NCBI GenBank assembly: GCA_963711835.1 | Contig: CAVQFQ010000004.1 | Location: forward strand, 256,001 to 320,000 | Length of the DNA stretch: 64,000 bases | From: an uncultured delta proteobacterium | GTDB lineage: Bacteria; Desulfobacterota; RBG-13-43-22 | Direction: 5' to 3' | Part shown: piece after piece, positions 1-8,780 of the stretch | How positions within the stretch are numbered: the stretch's first letter is position 1 | Layout: every line of letters starts with the position of its first letter | Position numbers and translations under genes: made by a program | Notes under the pieces: generated by a model | What the model saw: only the letters and a program-made list of their open reading frames with translations | Told to the model about the DNA's origin: nothing | The model's database searches: none

Positions 1-2
1 AC

Positions 3-101
3 TGGATCATGATCGTCAGCCTGGTCGCTATACTCCTGGTCTTAGCCTTGAAGCCTTCAGGGCTTTTCGGCCGGCAGAAAGAACTGGAAGAAAGGATTTA
101 G
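3..101 (+). CDS. livH: Branched-chain amino acid-type ABC permease (LivH-like), 3' end only
   Basis: Manual translation WIMIVSLVAILLVLALKPSGLFGRQKELEERI*; the KPSGLFG C-terminal motif is typical of LivH; precedes livM/G/F. Confidence 0.8.
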   Translation, partial: WIMIVSLVAILLVLALKPSGLFGRQKELEERI

Positions 102-233
102 TTTTTCTGCCACAGACAAAAACTGGACAGGCTGGTTTTGCCCGGAGAATAGCCTGCCCCGTAGGTATTAATACGGGGTCCTCCGGGCAAAAAATAATAG
201 TCCGCTGTTGTCCGTGTGGCTCTGTGGCTAAAT
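96..233. repeat. Nested intergenic hairpin between the livH stop and livM start
   Basis: Inverted pairs GCCACAGA(109-116)/TCTGTGGC(221-228), TTTTGCCCGGAG(136-147)/CTCCGGGCAAAA(181-192), CCCCGTA(157-163)/TACGGGG(172-178). Confidence 0.75.
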
Positions 234-239
234 TCTAAT

Positions 240-1247
240 ATGTACTATCGTAAAGAACGCATCGACAGAGGCATCAAGGCCCGGACCGAAGACATTTTCG
301 CCCTCTCCTCCGGCTGGGATCTGCTCTACGTGCTGGCTCCCCGGGTCCTGCCCCTCCTGGTCCTGTTAATCCTGACCTTCACGGTCAGTCTCTACTGGCA
401 GAAGGTCCTCATCTCCACAGCCGTTTTTGCCCTGCTGGCCATGAGTTGGGATTTCCTGGCTTCGGCCGGCATGGTCTCCTTGGGCCAGGCCTATTTCTTC
501 GGCATGGGGGCTTACCTGACCGGCATCCTGAACCATTATTTCCTTTGTCCTATCTGGCTCAGCATCCCCCTGAGCGCGGTGCTGGGCGGCGGCATCTGCA
601 CCGTGTCCCTGCTGCCGGTCCTGCGTCTGCGGGGGATCTATTTCTCCATGATTACCCTGGTTCTGCCTCTGATGCTGGTTAGGATCATTGAGGCCACCAA
701 GATCTTCGGCGGGACCGAGGGGATCAGCGGACTGGCCTCCTACCCCAACCGCTGGCTGGAACTCTACCTCGGGTTAACGGCTGCCTGGCTCTGTCTCTTC
801 GGCCTCCGGCGCCTCTTAAATTCCGATTACGGTCTGATCCTGAAGGGCATCAGCGACAACGACCGTTCGGTGATGAGTTCCGGGATCAACATTTACTGGT
901 ACAAGGCCCAGGCCCTGTTCCTGGCCGGATCGGTGGGTGCCCTGGCCGGGGCCTTAATGACCCACTCCTATATGTTCGTGGGCATGCCGGTCTTTGCCTT
1001 AGACTACTCGATCCTGCCCATCGCCTCGGCCGTGGTGGGAGGCATGGGCACCATGGCCGGCCCTCTGCTGGGGGCCTTTATCCTGGTCCCCCTGTCCGAG
1101 CTCCTGCGCGGATTGGGGGGCTTAAGAATCGTCATTTACGCCCTCTCCCTGACCGTGTTCATCGTCGTCCTTCCGGAAGGGATCTTCCATTATGTACAGC
1201 GCAAATACCAGCAATTCGAGCGCAAGGTAAAGGTGGAAACCGAATGA
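240..1247 (+). CDS. livM: Branched-chain amino acid-type ABC permease (LivM-like)
   Basis: Hydrophobic helices, SLGQAYFFGMGAY, LRGIYFSMITL, GGMGTMAGP; ATG at 240 preferred over GTG at 216. Confidence 0.9.
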   Translation: MYYRKERIDRGIKARTEDIFALSSGWDLLYVLAPRVLPLLVLLILTFTVSLYWQKVLISTAVFALLAMSWDFLASAGMVSLGQAYFFGMGAYLTGILNHYFLCPIWLSIPLSAVLGGGICTVSLLPVLRLRGIYFSMITLVLPLMLVRIIEATKIFGGTEGISGLASYPNRWLELYLGLTAAWLCLFGLRRLLNSDYGLILKGISDNDRSVMSSGINIYWYKAQALFLAGSVGALAGALMTHSYMFVGMPVFALDYSILPIASAVVGGMGTMAGPLLGAFILVPLSELLRGLGGLRIVIYALSLTVFIVVLPEGIFHYVQRKYQQFERKVKVETE

Positions 1248-1999
1248 GCCTGCCCATCCTGAATGTTTCCAATCTCTCCAAACGGTTTGGCGGGATCCGG
1301 GCCGTGGATGGGATCAGCTTTAAAGTTCAACCCGGAGAACTGATGGGGATCATCGGGCCCAACGGATCGGGCAAGACCACCTTAGTCAATCTGATCACCG
1401 GCTTTACCCGGCCGGATAGCGGGTCGGTTTTTTACCGGGACCGGGAGATCACCGGTTGGATGCCCTACAAGATCAGCCGGCAGGGATTGGCCCGAACCTT
1501 CCAGATGGTCCGTCCTTTCTACCACCTGCCGGCCTTCAAAAACATGATCATCCCCCTTTCCTCGCCCCGGGTGAAGCGGTTGTCCGGAGGACGCTACGGC
1601 GACCGGGACGCCGTGGCCAAGGACCTCCTCGAAGAAGTGGGTTTCGAACGGGATTCTTCGGTTATCAACAAAGTGGCCGGCTCGCTGCCCCACGGTTATC
1701 TCAAACGTCTGGAGCTGGCCAAGTGCCTGGCCCTGCGGCCCGAGCTGATCATCTTGGACGAGCTCTTTTCCGGCCTGAGTCTGGCCGAGGTAGCCGGCAT
1801 CCTGCCGATAATCGAAAAGATGAAAACCGAGGGCAAGACCATCCTCATGATCGAACACCGGCTACGGGAACTATTTCGCATCGCCGACCGGGTGATCGTC
1901 CTCAATTTCGGGCAAAAAATCGCCGACGGCCGGCCGGAGCAGGTCATGCAAGGGGAGGAAGTCAAAAAGGCCTACCTGGGCACGGAGGGAGAGGGTTAA
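1244..1999 (+). CDS. livG: ABC ATP-binding protein (LivG-like)
   Basis: Walker A GPNGSGKTT, LARTFQ, ILDE, IEH, C-terminal AYLG. Confidence 0.9.
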   Translation: MSLPILNVSNLSKRFGGIRAVDGISFKVQPGELMGIIGPNGSGKTTLVNLITGFTRPDSGSVFYRDREITGWMPYKISRQGLARTFQMVRPFYHLPAFKNMIIPLSSPRVKRLSGGRYGDRDAVAKDLLEEVGFERDSSVINKVAGSLPHGYLKRLELAKCLALRPELIILDELFSGLSLAEVAGILPIIEKMKTEGKTILMIEHRLRELFRIADRVIVLNFGQKIADGRPEQVMQGEEVKKAYLGTEGEG

Positions 2000-2749
2000 G
2001 TGCTGCTGAACGTCAAGCACCTGATGGTTTTTTACGAGAACGCCCTGGCCCTGAACGATTTTAGCCTGCAGGTGGACTCCGGGGAGATTGTGGCCGTCAT
2101 CGGCGGGAACAGCGCCGGCAAAACCACCCTGATGAATACCATCTCCGGCCTGATCCTGGATATTCAAATCAAAGAGAGACGCAAAGGGGGAGAGCGCATC
2201 ACCCTCTTAGGGGAACTGATTTTTAATAAAGAAGATGTGATGAACACCCCTCCGGATCAGAGGGTCAAGAAAGGGATCGTGCTCTGCCGGGAACGGCATC
2301 CCATCTTTCCCGAGAGCGATGTCCTGGAAAACCTGCGGATAGCCGGCTACCTGCGCAAGCGGGCGGAAGCGGAAGAAACCATAAAATTTGTTTTCAGCCT
2401 TTTTCCCAACCTGGCCGGCCTGAAAAATCAGAAAGCCGGTTTCCTGAGCGGTGGAGAGCAGCAGATGCTGACCATCGGCATGGGCCTGGTGGTGCGCCCT
2501 ACCCTGCTGCTCCTGGATGAGCCCCTCCTGGGCTTGAGCCCGGCTATGCAGACCAAGCTGATCTCGGCCATCAAGACCATCCGGAAAGAGACTCGAGTCA
2601 CTATCCTGATCAGCGAACAGTTCGCCCGGCCCATCCTGCCCATGATCGACCGGGGCTATGTGATCGAGAACGGCATGCTGACCATGTCCGGCAACAGCCG
2701 GGAACTGATGGAGAACCCGGAGGTCATTTCCGCCTACTTCGGGGTGTAA
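2000..2749 (+). CDS. livF: ABC ATP-binding protein (LivF-like)
   Basis: GGNSAGKTT, LSGGEQQML, LLLDEP. Confidence 0.9.
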   Translation: MLLNVKHLMVFYENALALNDFSLQVDSGEIVAVIGGNSAGKTTLMNTISGLILDIQIKERRKGGERITLLGELIFNKEDVMNTPPDQRVKKGIVLCRERHPIFPESDVLENLRIAGYLRKRAEAEETIKFVFSLFPNLAGLKNQKAGFLSGGEQQMLTIGMGLVVRPTLLLLDEPLLGLSPAMQTKLISAIKTIRKETRVTILISEQFARPILPMIDRGYVIENGMLTMSGNSRELMENPEVISAYFGV

Positions 2750-2757
2750 AGACTTTC

Positions 2758-3354
2758 ACCGCAAAGGCGCAAAGGACGCAAAGAAAAAAGTATGTTCTGG
2801 TCGGGGAAGACCCGGCCAGAAAAAACGCATCACCCAATTACGTTAGAACAGATTCTATTGGAACTTTAATGGATATAAATCCATTAAGTAATAAGGTCAT
2901 CGGGGCAGCTATCGAAGTTCATAAAACTTTGGGCCCGGGATTGCTGGAATCTTCTTATGAAGAATTCTCTGCTGGGAGTTGGACCTCCAGAAAGATAAGT
3001 TTTGAAAGGCAGAAAACCTTTACCGCTTATTTATAAAAATAAAAAATTGGATTGCGGCTACCGGTTGGATATTCTTGGTTGAAGGACAAATTGTCTTGGA
3101 ATTGAAATCTTGTGAGCGCATTGAATCTATTCACAAAGCCCAACTCTTAACTTATTTGAAACTCTCTGGGTACCCTATGGGCATCCTTTTGAATTTTAAT
3201 GTTCCTCTAATGCGAGACGGAATCGTGCGTATGGTTAACCATTTTAAAGAATAGCCATAGATAGCTGCGCGGAAGCGCCGGAAGGGTTCCCCTTGGCGGC
3301 CTCTTATCGCCAAGGGAAAATAATTTAACTTTGCGTCCTTTGCGCCTTTGCGGT
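2758..3354. mobile_element. Inverted-repeat-flanked insert carrying a GxxExxY gene
   Basis: Perfect 26-bp inverted repeat ACCGCAAAGGCGCAAAGGACGCAAAG (2758-2783) and its reverse complement (3329-3354); AT-rich interior. Confidence 0.7.
2869..3254 (+). pseudogene. GxxExxY protein (PD-(D/E)XK-like family), frameshifted
   Basis: Manual translation across frameshifts: MDINPLSNKVIGAAIEVHKTLGPGLLESSYEE...SFERQKPLPLIYK...CGYRLDILVEGQIVLELKS...HKAQLLTYLKLSG...GILLNFNV; absent from the ORF track. Confidence 0.85.
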
Positions 3355-3367
3355 AAAAAAATCTTAA

Positions 3368-5041
3368 ATGAGTTCTGACCTCCAACATATTTGCAGGGCT
3401 TTTCAGGAGCAGGCGGGCAAGACGCCCGGCAAGACGGCGGTCATCTACCTGGGCACGCGCTATTCCTATGCCCGCATCCTGTCCGACGTTAAGAAACTGG
3501 CCGGCTCTTTGACCCGAATGGGCATAAAAGAAGGCGATAAGGTCATTCTCTACCTGCCCAATTCCATTCAATGGATCCTGGCCTGGCTGGCCGTCCAGTG
3601 GATCGGCGGGGTGGCCGTGCCCATAACCCCCATCTACACCGCTCACGATCTGAACTACATCGCCGGCGATACCGGCGCCGTGGCCGTATTCTGCTCCGAT
3701 CGGAATTTCGGCTACGTCCAGCAGGTCCTGGATGCCGGCCTGCTGCAAACAATCTTCGTCACCACCTTAGCCGACCTGCTTCCCTGGTGGAAGCGTTTCT
3801 TCGGTTGGGCCCTGGACATCGTTCCCCGAGGCAAGGTGGCCAAAAGAAAGGGTGTTCATCCGCTTCGCCGCCTCTTGTCCACAGCGCCGAATTCGATCCC
3901 GGAGATCCGGGGGGGCGGCGACCAGATAGCCGAGATCCTCTACACCGGCGGCACCACCAAACACCCCAAGGGCGTGCCCATCAGCCACCGGCTTTACCTG
4001 GGCTGTGCCGAGGAGCAGCTCAGCACCAGCCTGCCCCTTTTCCCCAATGAAGAAAATATCATTCTGGGCGGTGCCCCCCTGTTTCATATCTTAGGCCAGA
4101 CCTGCAGCTTGGGGACGATTCTTCTCGGGGGAACCCTGGTGGTCTTCCCCAAGGTCCATCTGGATGCCCTGATGCACGCCATGCAGCGCTACCGGGCCAA
4201 GACCTTCATCGGCGTCCCTTCCCTTTTCCGTATGATCCTGGAACACCAGCGGGTGGATTTCTACGACCTCAGTTCACTGAGGTATTGTTTTTGCGGCGGA
4301 GATGTGCTGCCCTTGGAGGTGGAAAAACGCTGGCAATCCAAAATGAATAGACCCATTTACCAAGGGTATGGGGCTACCGAGACCTGCGGTGGGATTTCTA
4401 TGGCTTCCACGACCCAGGCCAACCCCAGCCGGAGTATGGGACGCATCGTGGCCAGCAAATCCGTCCTGGTGGTGAATCCGAATACCCTGGAGGAGAGGCC
4501 CCACGGAGAAGCCGGGGAACTGCTGGTAACTTCCGACCCCATGGTGACGGCCTACTGGAACAAACCTGAAGAAACCGCCTCCGCTTTTGTTTCCCGGCAA
4601 GGAAAGCTGTGGTACCGCACCAGCGATATGGTCAGCCGGGATGAGCAGGGATACCTTTATTTTGTGGACCGCACCGTGGACACTATCAAACATAAAGGCT
4701 ATCGGATTTCGGCCTCCGAGATCGAAGCGGTGCTCCAGGAGCACCCGGCCGTGATTGAATCCTGTGTGGTCGGGGTGCCCGATGAAAAAGTCGGCCAACG
4801 TATCAAGGCCTTTGTAGTCCTGAAAAAAGACATCAAGGGCGTCACCGGCTACGATTTGATTACCTGGTGCCGGGAGCGGCTGGTCTCCTACAAGCTTCCC
4901 CAGTATATTGAATTTCGAGATATGCTGCCCAAGTCCAAGGTCGGCAAGCTCCTGCGCCGGGAAATCCGGGGCGAAGAGCACCGGCGAATGGAAAAAGATG
5001 AAAATAGAGATTCGGTGTTGAAGGATACTGGATTGGGATAA
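3368..5041 (+). CDS. AMP-dependent acyl-CoA ligase (long-chain fatty acid-CoA ligase family)
   Basis: YTGGTTKHPKG, YQGYGATE, YRTSD, LPKSKVGK adenylation motifs. Confidence 0.9.
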   Translation: MSSDLQHICRAFQEQAGKTPGKTAVIYLGTRYSYARILSDVKKLAGSLTRMGIKEGDKVILYLPNSIQWILAWLAVQWIGGVAVPITPIYTAHDLNYIAGDTGAVAVFCSDRNFGYVQQVLDAGLLQTIFVTTLADLLPWWKRFFGWALDIVPRGKVAKRKGVHPLRRLLSTAPNSIPEIRGGGDQIAEILYTGGTTKHPKGVPISHRLYLGCAEEQLSTSLPLFPNEENIILGGAPLFHILGQTCSLGTILLGGTLVVFPKVHLDALMHAMQRYRAKTFIGVPSLFRMILEHQRVDFYDLSSLRYCFCGGDVLPLEVEKRWQSKMNRPIYQGYGATETCGGISMASTTQANPSRSMGRIVASKSVLVVNPNTLEERPHGEAGELLVTSDPMVTAYWNKPEETASAFVSRQGKLWYRTSDMVSRDEQGYLYFVDRTVDTIKHKGYRISASEIEAVLQEHPAVIESCVVGVPDEKVGQRIKAFVVLKKDIKGVTGYDLITWCRERLVSYKLPQYIEFRDMLPKSKVGKLLRREIRGEEHRRMEKDENRDSVLKDTGLG

Positions 5042-5210
5042 TCCCTTTCATGATCTCCACCAACAAAATCAAGAACAACTTCCTCGGCAAAATCTTTCTC
5101 AGCGTCCTTTCCATCCTTAGTATCCGCAAAACCGCCCGCCGAAATCGAATCAATGCGGTCATCGGTCTTGGTCTAACCCTTTCGTAGGAATCTTAAAAAA
5201 TATGACCTTA

Positions 5211-5551
5211 CTAAAGGTCCAGGCTTAACCGCAGGGCTTTATCAACCTCCTTCATCTTTTCCGGTTCAACAGCGCCCTATCTCTTTTCCAGTCGACCCTT
5301 GAAAACCGTGAGTAGTTGGCTGGTGTTCACCATCGAAGTCTTACTCAATCCTCCCTGGGGAGGATCCAGCAACACATTCATCGGAAAAAGCCGAATGGCA
5401 GTGGAAAGGGCGACCACAATCGTAGTGGCTGCGTGTTCATTCCCAATGTTGTTTTGAATGATCAGGACTGGTCTTTTCCCGGCCTGTTCGCTGCCCCTGG
5501 CCGGGTTCCAATTAACCAGCCACACTTCACCCCGTCTGGGAAAGGCTTCAT
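5211..5551 (-). pseudogene. MazF/PemK-family toxin with an in-frame stop and a 5' frameshift
   Basis: RRGEVWLVNWNPARGSEQAGKRPVLIIQNN...SQLLTV; the frame continues past TAG (5277-5279) as GAVEPEKMKEVDKALRLSLDL*; ATG at 5551 is out of frame by 1 nt. Confidence 0.85.
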
Positions 5552-5553
5552 TC

Positions 5554-5865
5554 CTAAACTTCCCTTTGGGCTTTCAAGGTCAATTCTGAAAATTCCCGAG
5601 CCTCGGCGGCCACTCTGACCGGGTCGGAATCCTCCGGCCCAAGGTTGATCCAGATGGAAGGCCGTTTGGTTTCCCTGAAATACAAGGCGGCCAGAGTGGA
5701 TTTGCCCTGGGCGGCCTGCCCGGTAATCAGGATCAGTTTTTTATCTTCATTTTTTTCAAATAGTTCCAGGAGACGCGGACGCAGGATGATTTTGGACGGG
5801 GCGGGCGGGGAAATCTTGGAAAAGCTCAACGGAAAACCCTTCGCGGCTTTTTCCGGGGAAGGCAT
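5554..5865 (-). pseudogene. N-terminal fragment of a MalT-type (STAND) regulator fused to an unrelated tail
   Basis: SKISPP...ILRPRLL...KLILITGQAAQGKSTL (P-loop)...WINLGPEDSDP matches the MalT-like N-terminus; similarity stops after DSDPV. Confidence 0.7.
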
Positions 5866-5928
5866 ATCTTTTGTCCCGTTTGCCTGGGTTAAGGGTTTCG
5901 ACGAAAAGTTTTGGTGACAGGCACTTTT

Positions 5929-6441
5929 TTAGGGGCGGAGTCTTTCGTTAAATTCCTTCCAAAATCTTTCTTCTTTGTTCTGCCAGCCGGCGCCAAAGCG
6001 TTTATTAAAGGTGTCTCCCAATTGTTCAAATAGCCGTTTCCAGCCCGGCAGGAGTTCATGTCGGAGGGCATCTTCCAGAAAGGAAACGATGTCCTCCAGT
6101 TTTTCCTTGGGCAGGTAGGCGCGGGCCCCCAGCTCGATGGATTTTTTCAGGGCCTCCGGTGACAGGGCGTGGGCCGTGAGCATAACGACGGGGAACTTAC
6201 GCAGGTTGGCCTCCGTTAAAAGATCAAAGCCGCGCACCCCCATGATGTCCAGGATGACCAGGTCATAGGTGTAGGCGGCCAACAATTCCTTGGCCGTTTT
6301 ATAATTGTCGGCCCGATCGAAAAAACATTCCCCACAGGCCCCTTTGATCTCCTCCTCCAAAATATCCAGGATATCCCTTTCGTCATCCACCGCCAAGATC
6401 GATTTTCCCTGCAGGATCGAATTAGTTTTCTTTTTTGCCAT
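5929..6441 (-). CDS. Stand-alone response regulator receiver (paralog 3)
   Basis: ILAVDDE, ILDIMGVRGFDLL, MLTAH, AYLPK. Confidence 0.9.
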   Translation of the reverse strand: MAKKKTNSILQGKSILAVDDERDILDILEEEIKGACGECFFDRADNYKTAKELLAAYTYDLVILDIMGVRGFDLLTEANLRKFPVVMLTAHALSPEALKKSIELGARAYLPKEKLEDIVSFLEDALRHELLPGWKRLFEQLGDTFNKRFGAGWQNKEERFWKEFNERLRP

Positions 6442-6663
6442 AAACATCCCTCTGTTAGTAGTATCGCCGCAATGGCCCGAATTAAAACCTTAATATTTTA
6501 GTGACAGTCAGCTTTTTGTGATGCCCACCCACCCCATCACTCCCCCCCCCGAAGAATGTGTCGCAATTGACCAAAACGTCATTCTCTCCGAGGGTGAGGG
6601 GCTTATCTTCTTCTTCTTGGCCTCCCGCAAGTGGCAGTTTCTGTTACACGGAGAGGGAACAGG

Positions 6664-7212
6664 CTAATAACAGCCCAGTTTCTGGGAAGGGGTTTCCACA
6701 TAGGAGGAACCGTCGGATTTCAGCTTGTCATTAAAATCCTTCCAGAACTTGTCATCCTTTTTTTGCCAATCCGGGCCGAAACGCATATTGAAAAAGTCCC
6801 CTAATTTTTCAAAGAGTTTTCGCCAGCCCGGCAAAGATTCGTAGCGTAGGACGTCCTCCAGGAAAGGCACGATCTCCCCTAATTTTTCCTTGGGCAGATA
6901 AGCCCGGGCCCCTTTTTCAATCGACTGTTTCAGGGCCTGGGGCGATAAGGCATGGGCCGTCAGCATCACCACGGGAAGATGGCGGACCAGTGCCAGATCC
7001 AGGAGATCGAAACCCCGGACGCCCATAATGTCCAGGATGACGATGTCATAGGTCCAGGAAACCATCAGTTCTACAGCCTTCTCGTAGCTCTCGGCTTTTT
7101 CAAAAGTGCATTTCGGGCAGGCCTCCATGATTTCATCTTCCAGGAGGGCCAGGACATCCGGTTCATCATCCACCGCCAGGATCCGCTGTTCCTTAAGTAA
7201 GGATTCCTTCAT
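6664..7212 (-). CDS. Stand-alone response regulator receiver (paralog 2)
   Basis: Same motifs; GGAGG RBS upstream of the ATG. Confidence 0.9.
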   Translation of the reverse strand: MKESLLKEQRILAVDDEPDVLALLEDEIMEACPKCTFEKAESYEKAVELMVSWTYDIVILDIMGVRGFDLLDLALVRHLPVVMLTAHALSPQALKQSIEKGARAYLPKEKLGEIVPFLEDVLRYESLPGWRKLFEKLGDFFNMRFGPDWQKKDDKFWKDFNDKLKSDGSSYVETPSQKLGCY

Positions 7213-7412
7213 AATACCTCCCTTGGTCGTTTGCCGACGCCGCCGATCGGAACGTATTCAGTATCCATCTGAAGATTTCCGATTTTCGGATGGAGCATTC
7301 AGTCGTCAGCATAATGCAGTCAGCTTACATCATTATTTTTAAGGTTTATTGCTGATTGCTGAGAGCCGATCGCTGATAGCTCTCAGCTGAAAACGTCTTT
7401 TTCGGATGAGAG

Positions 7413-8780
7413 CTATTTAATAATGACGCGATCGAACCGTCCGCCCACGTCCTGCTTGAATTCATTCCAGAATTTCTGATCCGACCGCCGCCAGTCCGAG
7501 CCGAAGCGGCTGTCGAAAAAACCGCCCAGCTTATCAAACAGGCGGTTCCAGCCGGCCGGGGCCTCGTACTCCATGATATCTTCCAGAAAGGGCACGATCT
7601 CGCCTAATTTCTCTTTAGGCAAATAGGCCCGGGCCCCCATTTCAATAGAACGCTTCAAGGCCTCGGCCGAAAGGGCATGGGCCGTCAGCATGGCCACCGG
7701 GTAATTCTTTGATTTGGCCAGGGCCAGGAGATCGAAGCCCCGGACCCCCATGATATCCAGGATGACGATGTCGTAGGTCCAGGAGTTCAACAGCTCCACG
7801 GCCTTTTCATAACTGGTAGCCTTGTCGATCAGGCTGTCCGGGCAGGCGTCGAGTATTTCTTCCTCCAGCACCTCCAGGACATCCGGTTCATCATCTACGG
7901 CCAAAATCCTTTTTCCATTCAGAATTGAGTCACTCACCCTATAATCCTCCTTTCGCAAATTTAAGGGGGGGATGCGGACCAGAAAACGGGTCCCTAATCC
8001 TTCCCGACTGATCAAGGTAATTTCACCGCCCATGGCCTTAACCAGGGTCTTGACCCCGGCTAAGCCCAGACCCAGACCGGGGATGTGGGCGGTCTCCTTA
8101 TTGGTCAAACGTACAAAGCGCTCAAAAACAGCCTGCTGTCCATGGGAGGGAATTCCTAAACCGTCATCTTCGACCCGCAGGTAGAGGTCCCGCGATCCCC
8201 GAATCGAGATCTTCATCCGGGTCCGGCGGTACTTGAGGGCATTACTGATCAGGTTTCGCAGGATTTGCTGGATCTTTTTTTGGTCATGACAAAAAGGGGT
8301 CCGGCAATATTTGCCTTTAATTTCGTAAAAAATACCCTGGGTCTTGAGAAAGGCCTCGTATTCCTCCGGGTTGTTCTCCAGCCGACAAAGCTTCTCGGCT
8401 TCCTGGGGCAGGATCGCCTCCAAAACTTCCAACAGGGAATCTTTGAAAGTCTCATCAACCGGGAAATAATTCTCCTGAAAAAAGCCTTCCTCGGAGCGAA
8501 AAAGCTCGATCATATCCTGCAGCAAGGTCTGAGCCTTGCGGGTATTTCTCAGGATGCGCTGTAGGGCCAGGGTTTGAGACTCCTCCAGCGGACCGTAGCG
8601 GTCCGGTTTTTGGATTAAATTGGAGGCACTGGTGGCAATGACCGCCAAGGGCCCCCGCAGGTCATGAACCAGAAGATCCACGATGAGGGCCTTTTCTTCA
8701 AGGTCCTGTTTACTCTGACCGATTTCCTTTCCCTTTTCTTTATTTTTGTCTTTATCTTTAGGCAATCCCAGCCGCATCAA
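7413..8780 (-). CDS. Sensor-less histidine kinase fused in frame to a receiver (paralog 1); may be two genes
   Basis: HDLRGPL H-box, NLISNALKY, DDGLGI, GLGLGL; the receiver has its own AGGAGG and GTG at 7937. Confidence 0.8.
   Translation of the reverse strand: MMRLGLPKDKDKNKEKGKEIGQSKQDLEEKALIVDLLVHDLRGPLAVIATSASNLIQKPDRYGPLEESQTLALQRILRNTRKAQTLLQDMIELFRSEEGFFQENYFPVDETFKDSLLEVLEAILPQEAEKLCRLENNPEEYEAFLKTQGIFYEIKGKYCRTPFCHDQKKIQQILRNLISNALKYRRTRMKISIRGSRDLYLRVEDDGLGIPSHGQQAVFERFVRLTNKETAHIPGLGLGLAGVKTLVKAMGGEITLISREGLGTRFLVRIPPLNLRKEDYRVSDSILNGKRILAVDDEPDVLEVLEEEILDACPDSLIDKATSYEKAVELLNSWTYDIVILDIMGVRGFDLLALAKSKNYPVAMLTAHALSAEALKRSIEMGARAYLPKEKLGEIVPFLEDIMEYEAPAGWNRLFDKLGGFFDSRFGSDWRRSDQKFWNEFKQDVGGRFDRVIIK

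Noticed and set aside
4860-5190. Short ORFs downstream of the CoA ligase on either strand
   Set aside because: No motif or RBS, and one overlaps the ligase antisense; likely non-coding.
6525-6602. REP-like imperfect palindrome between receiver genes
   Set aside because: A single degenerate copy; too weak to define a family.
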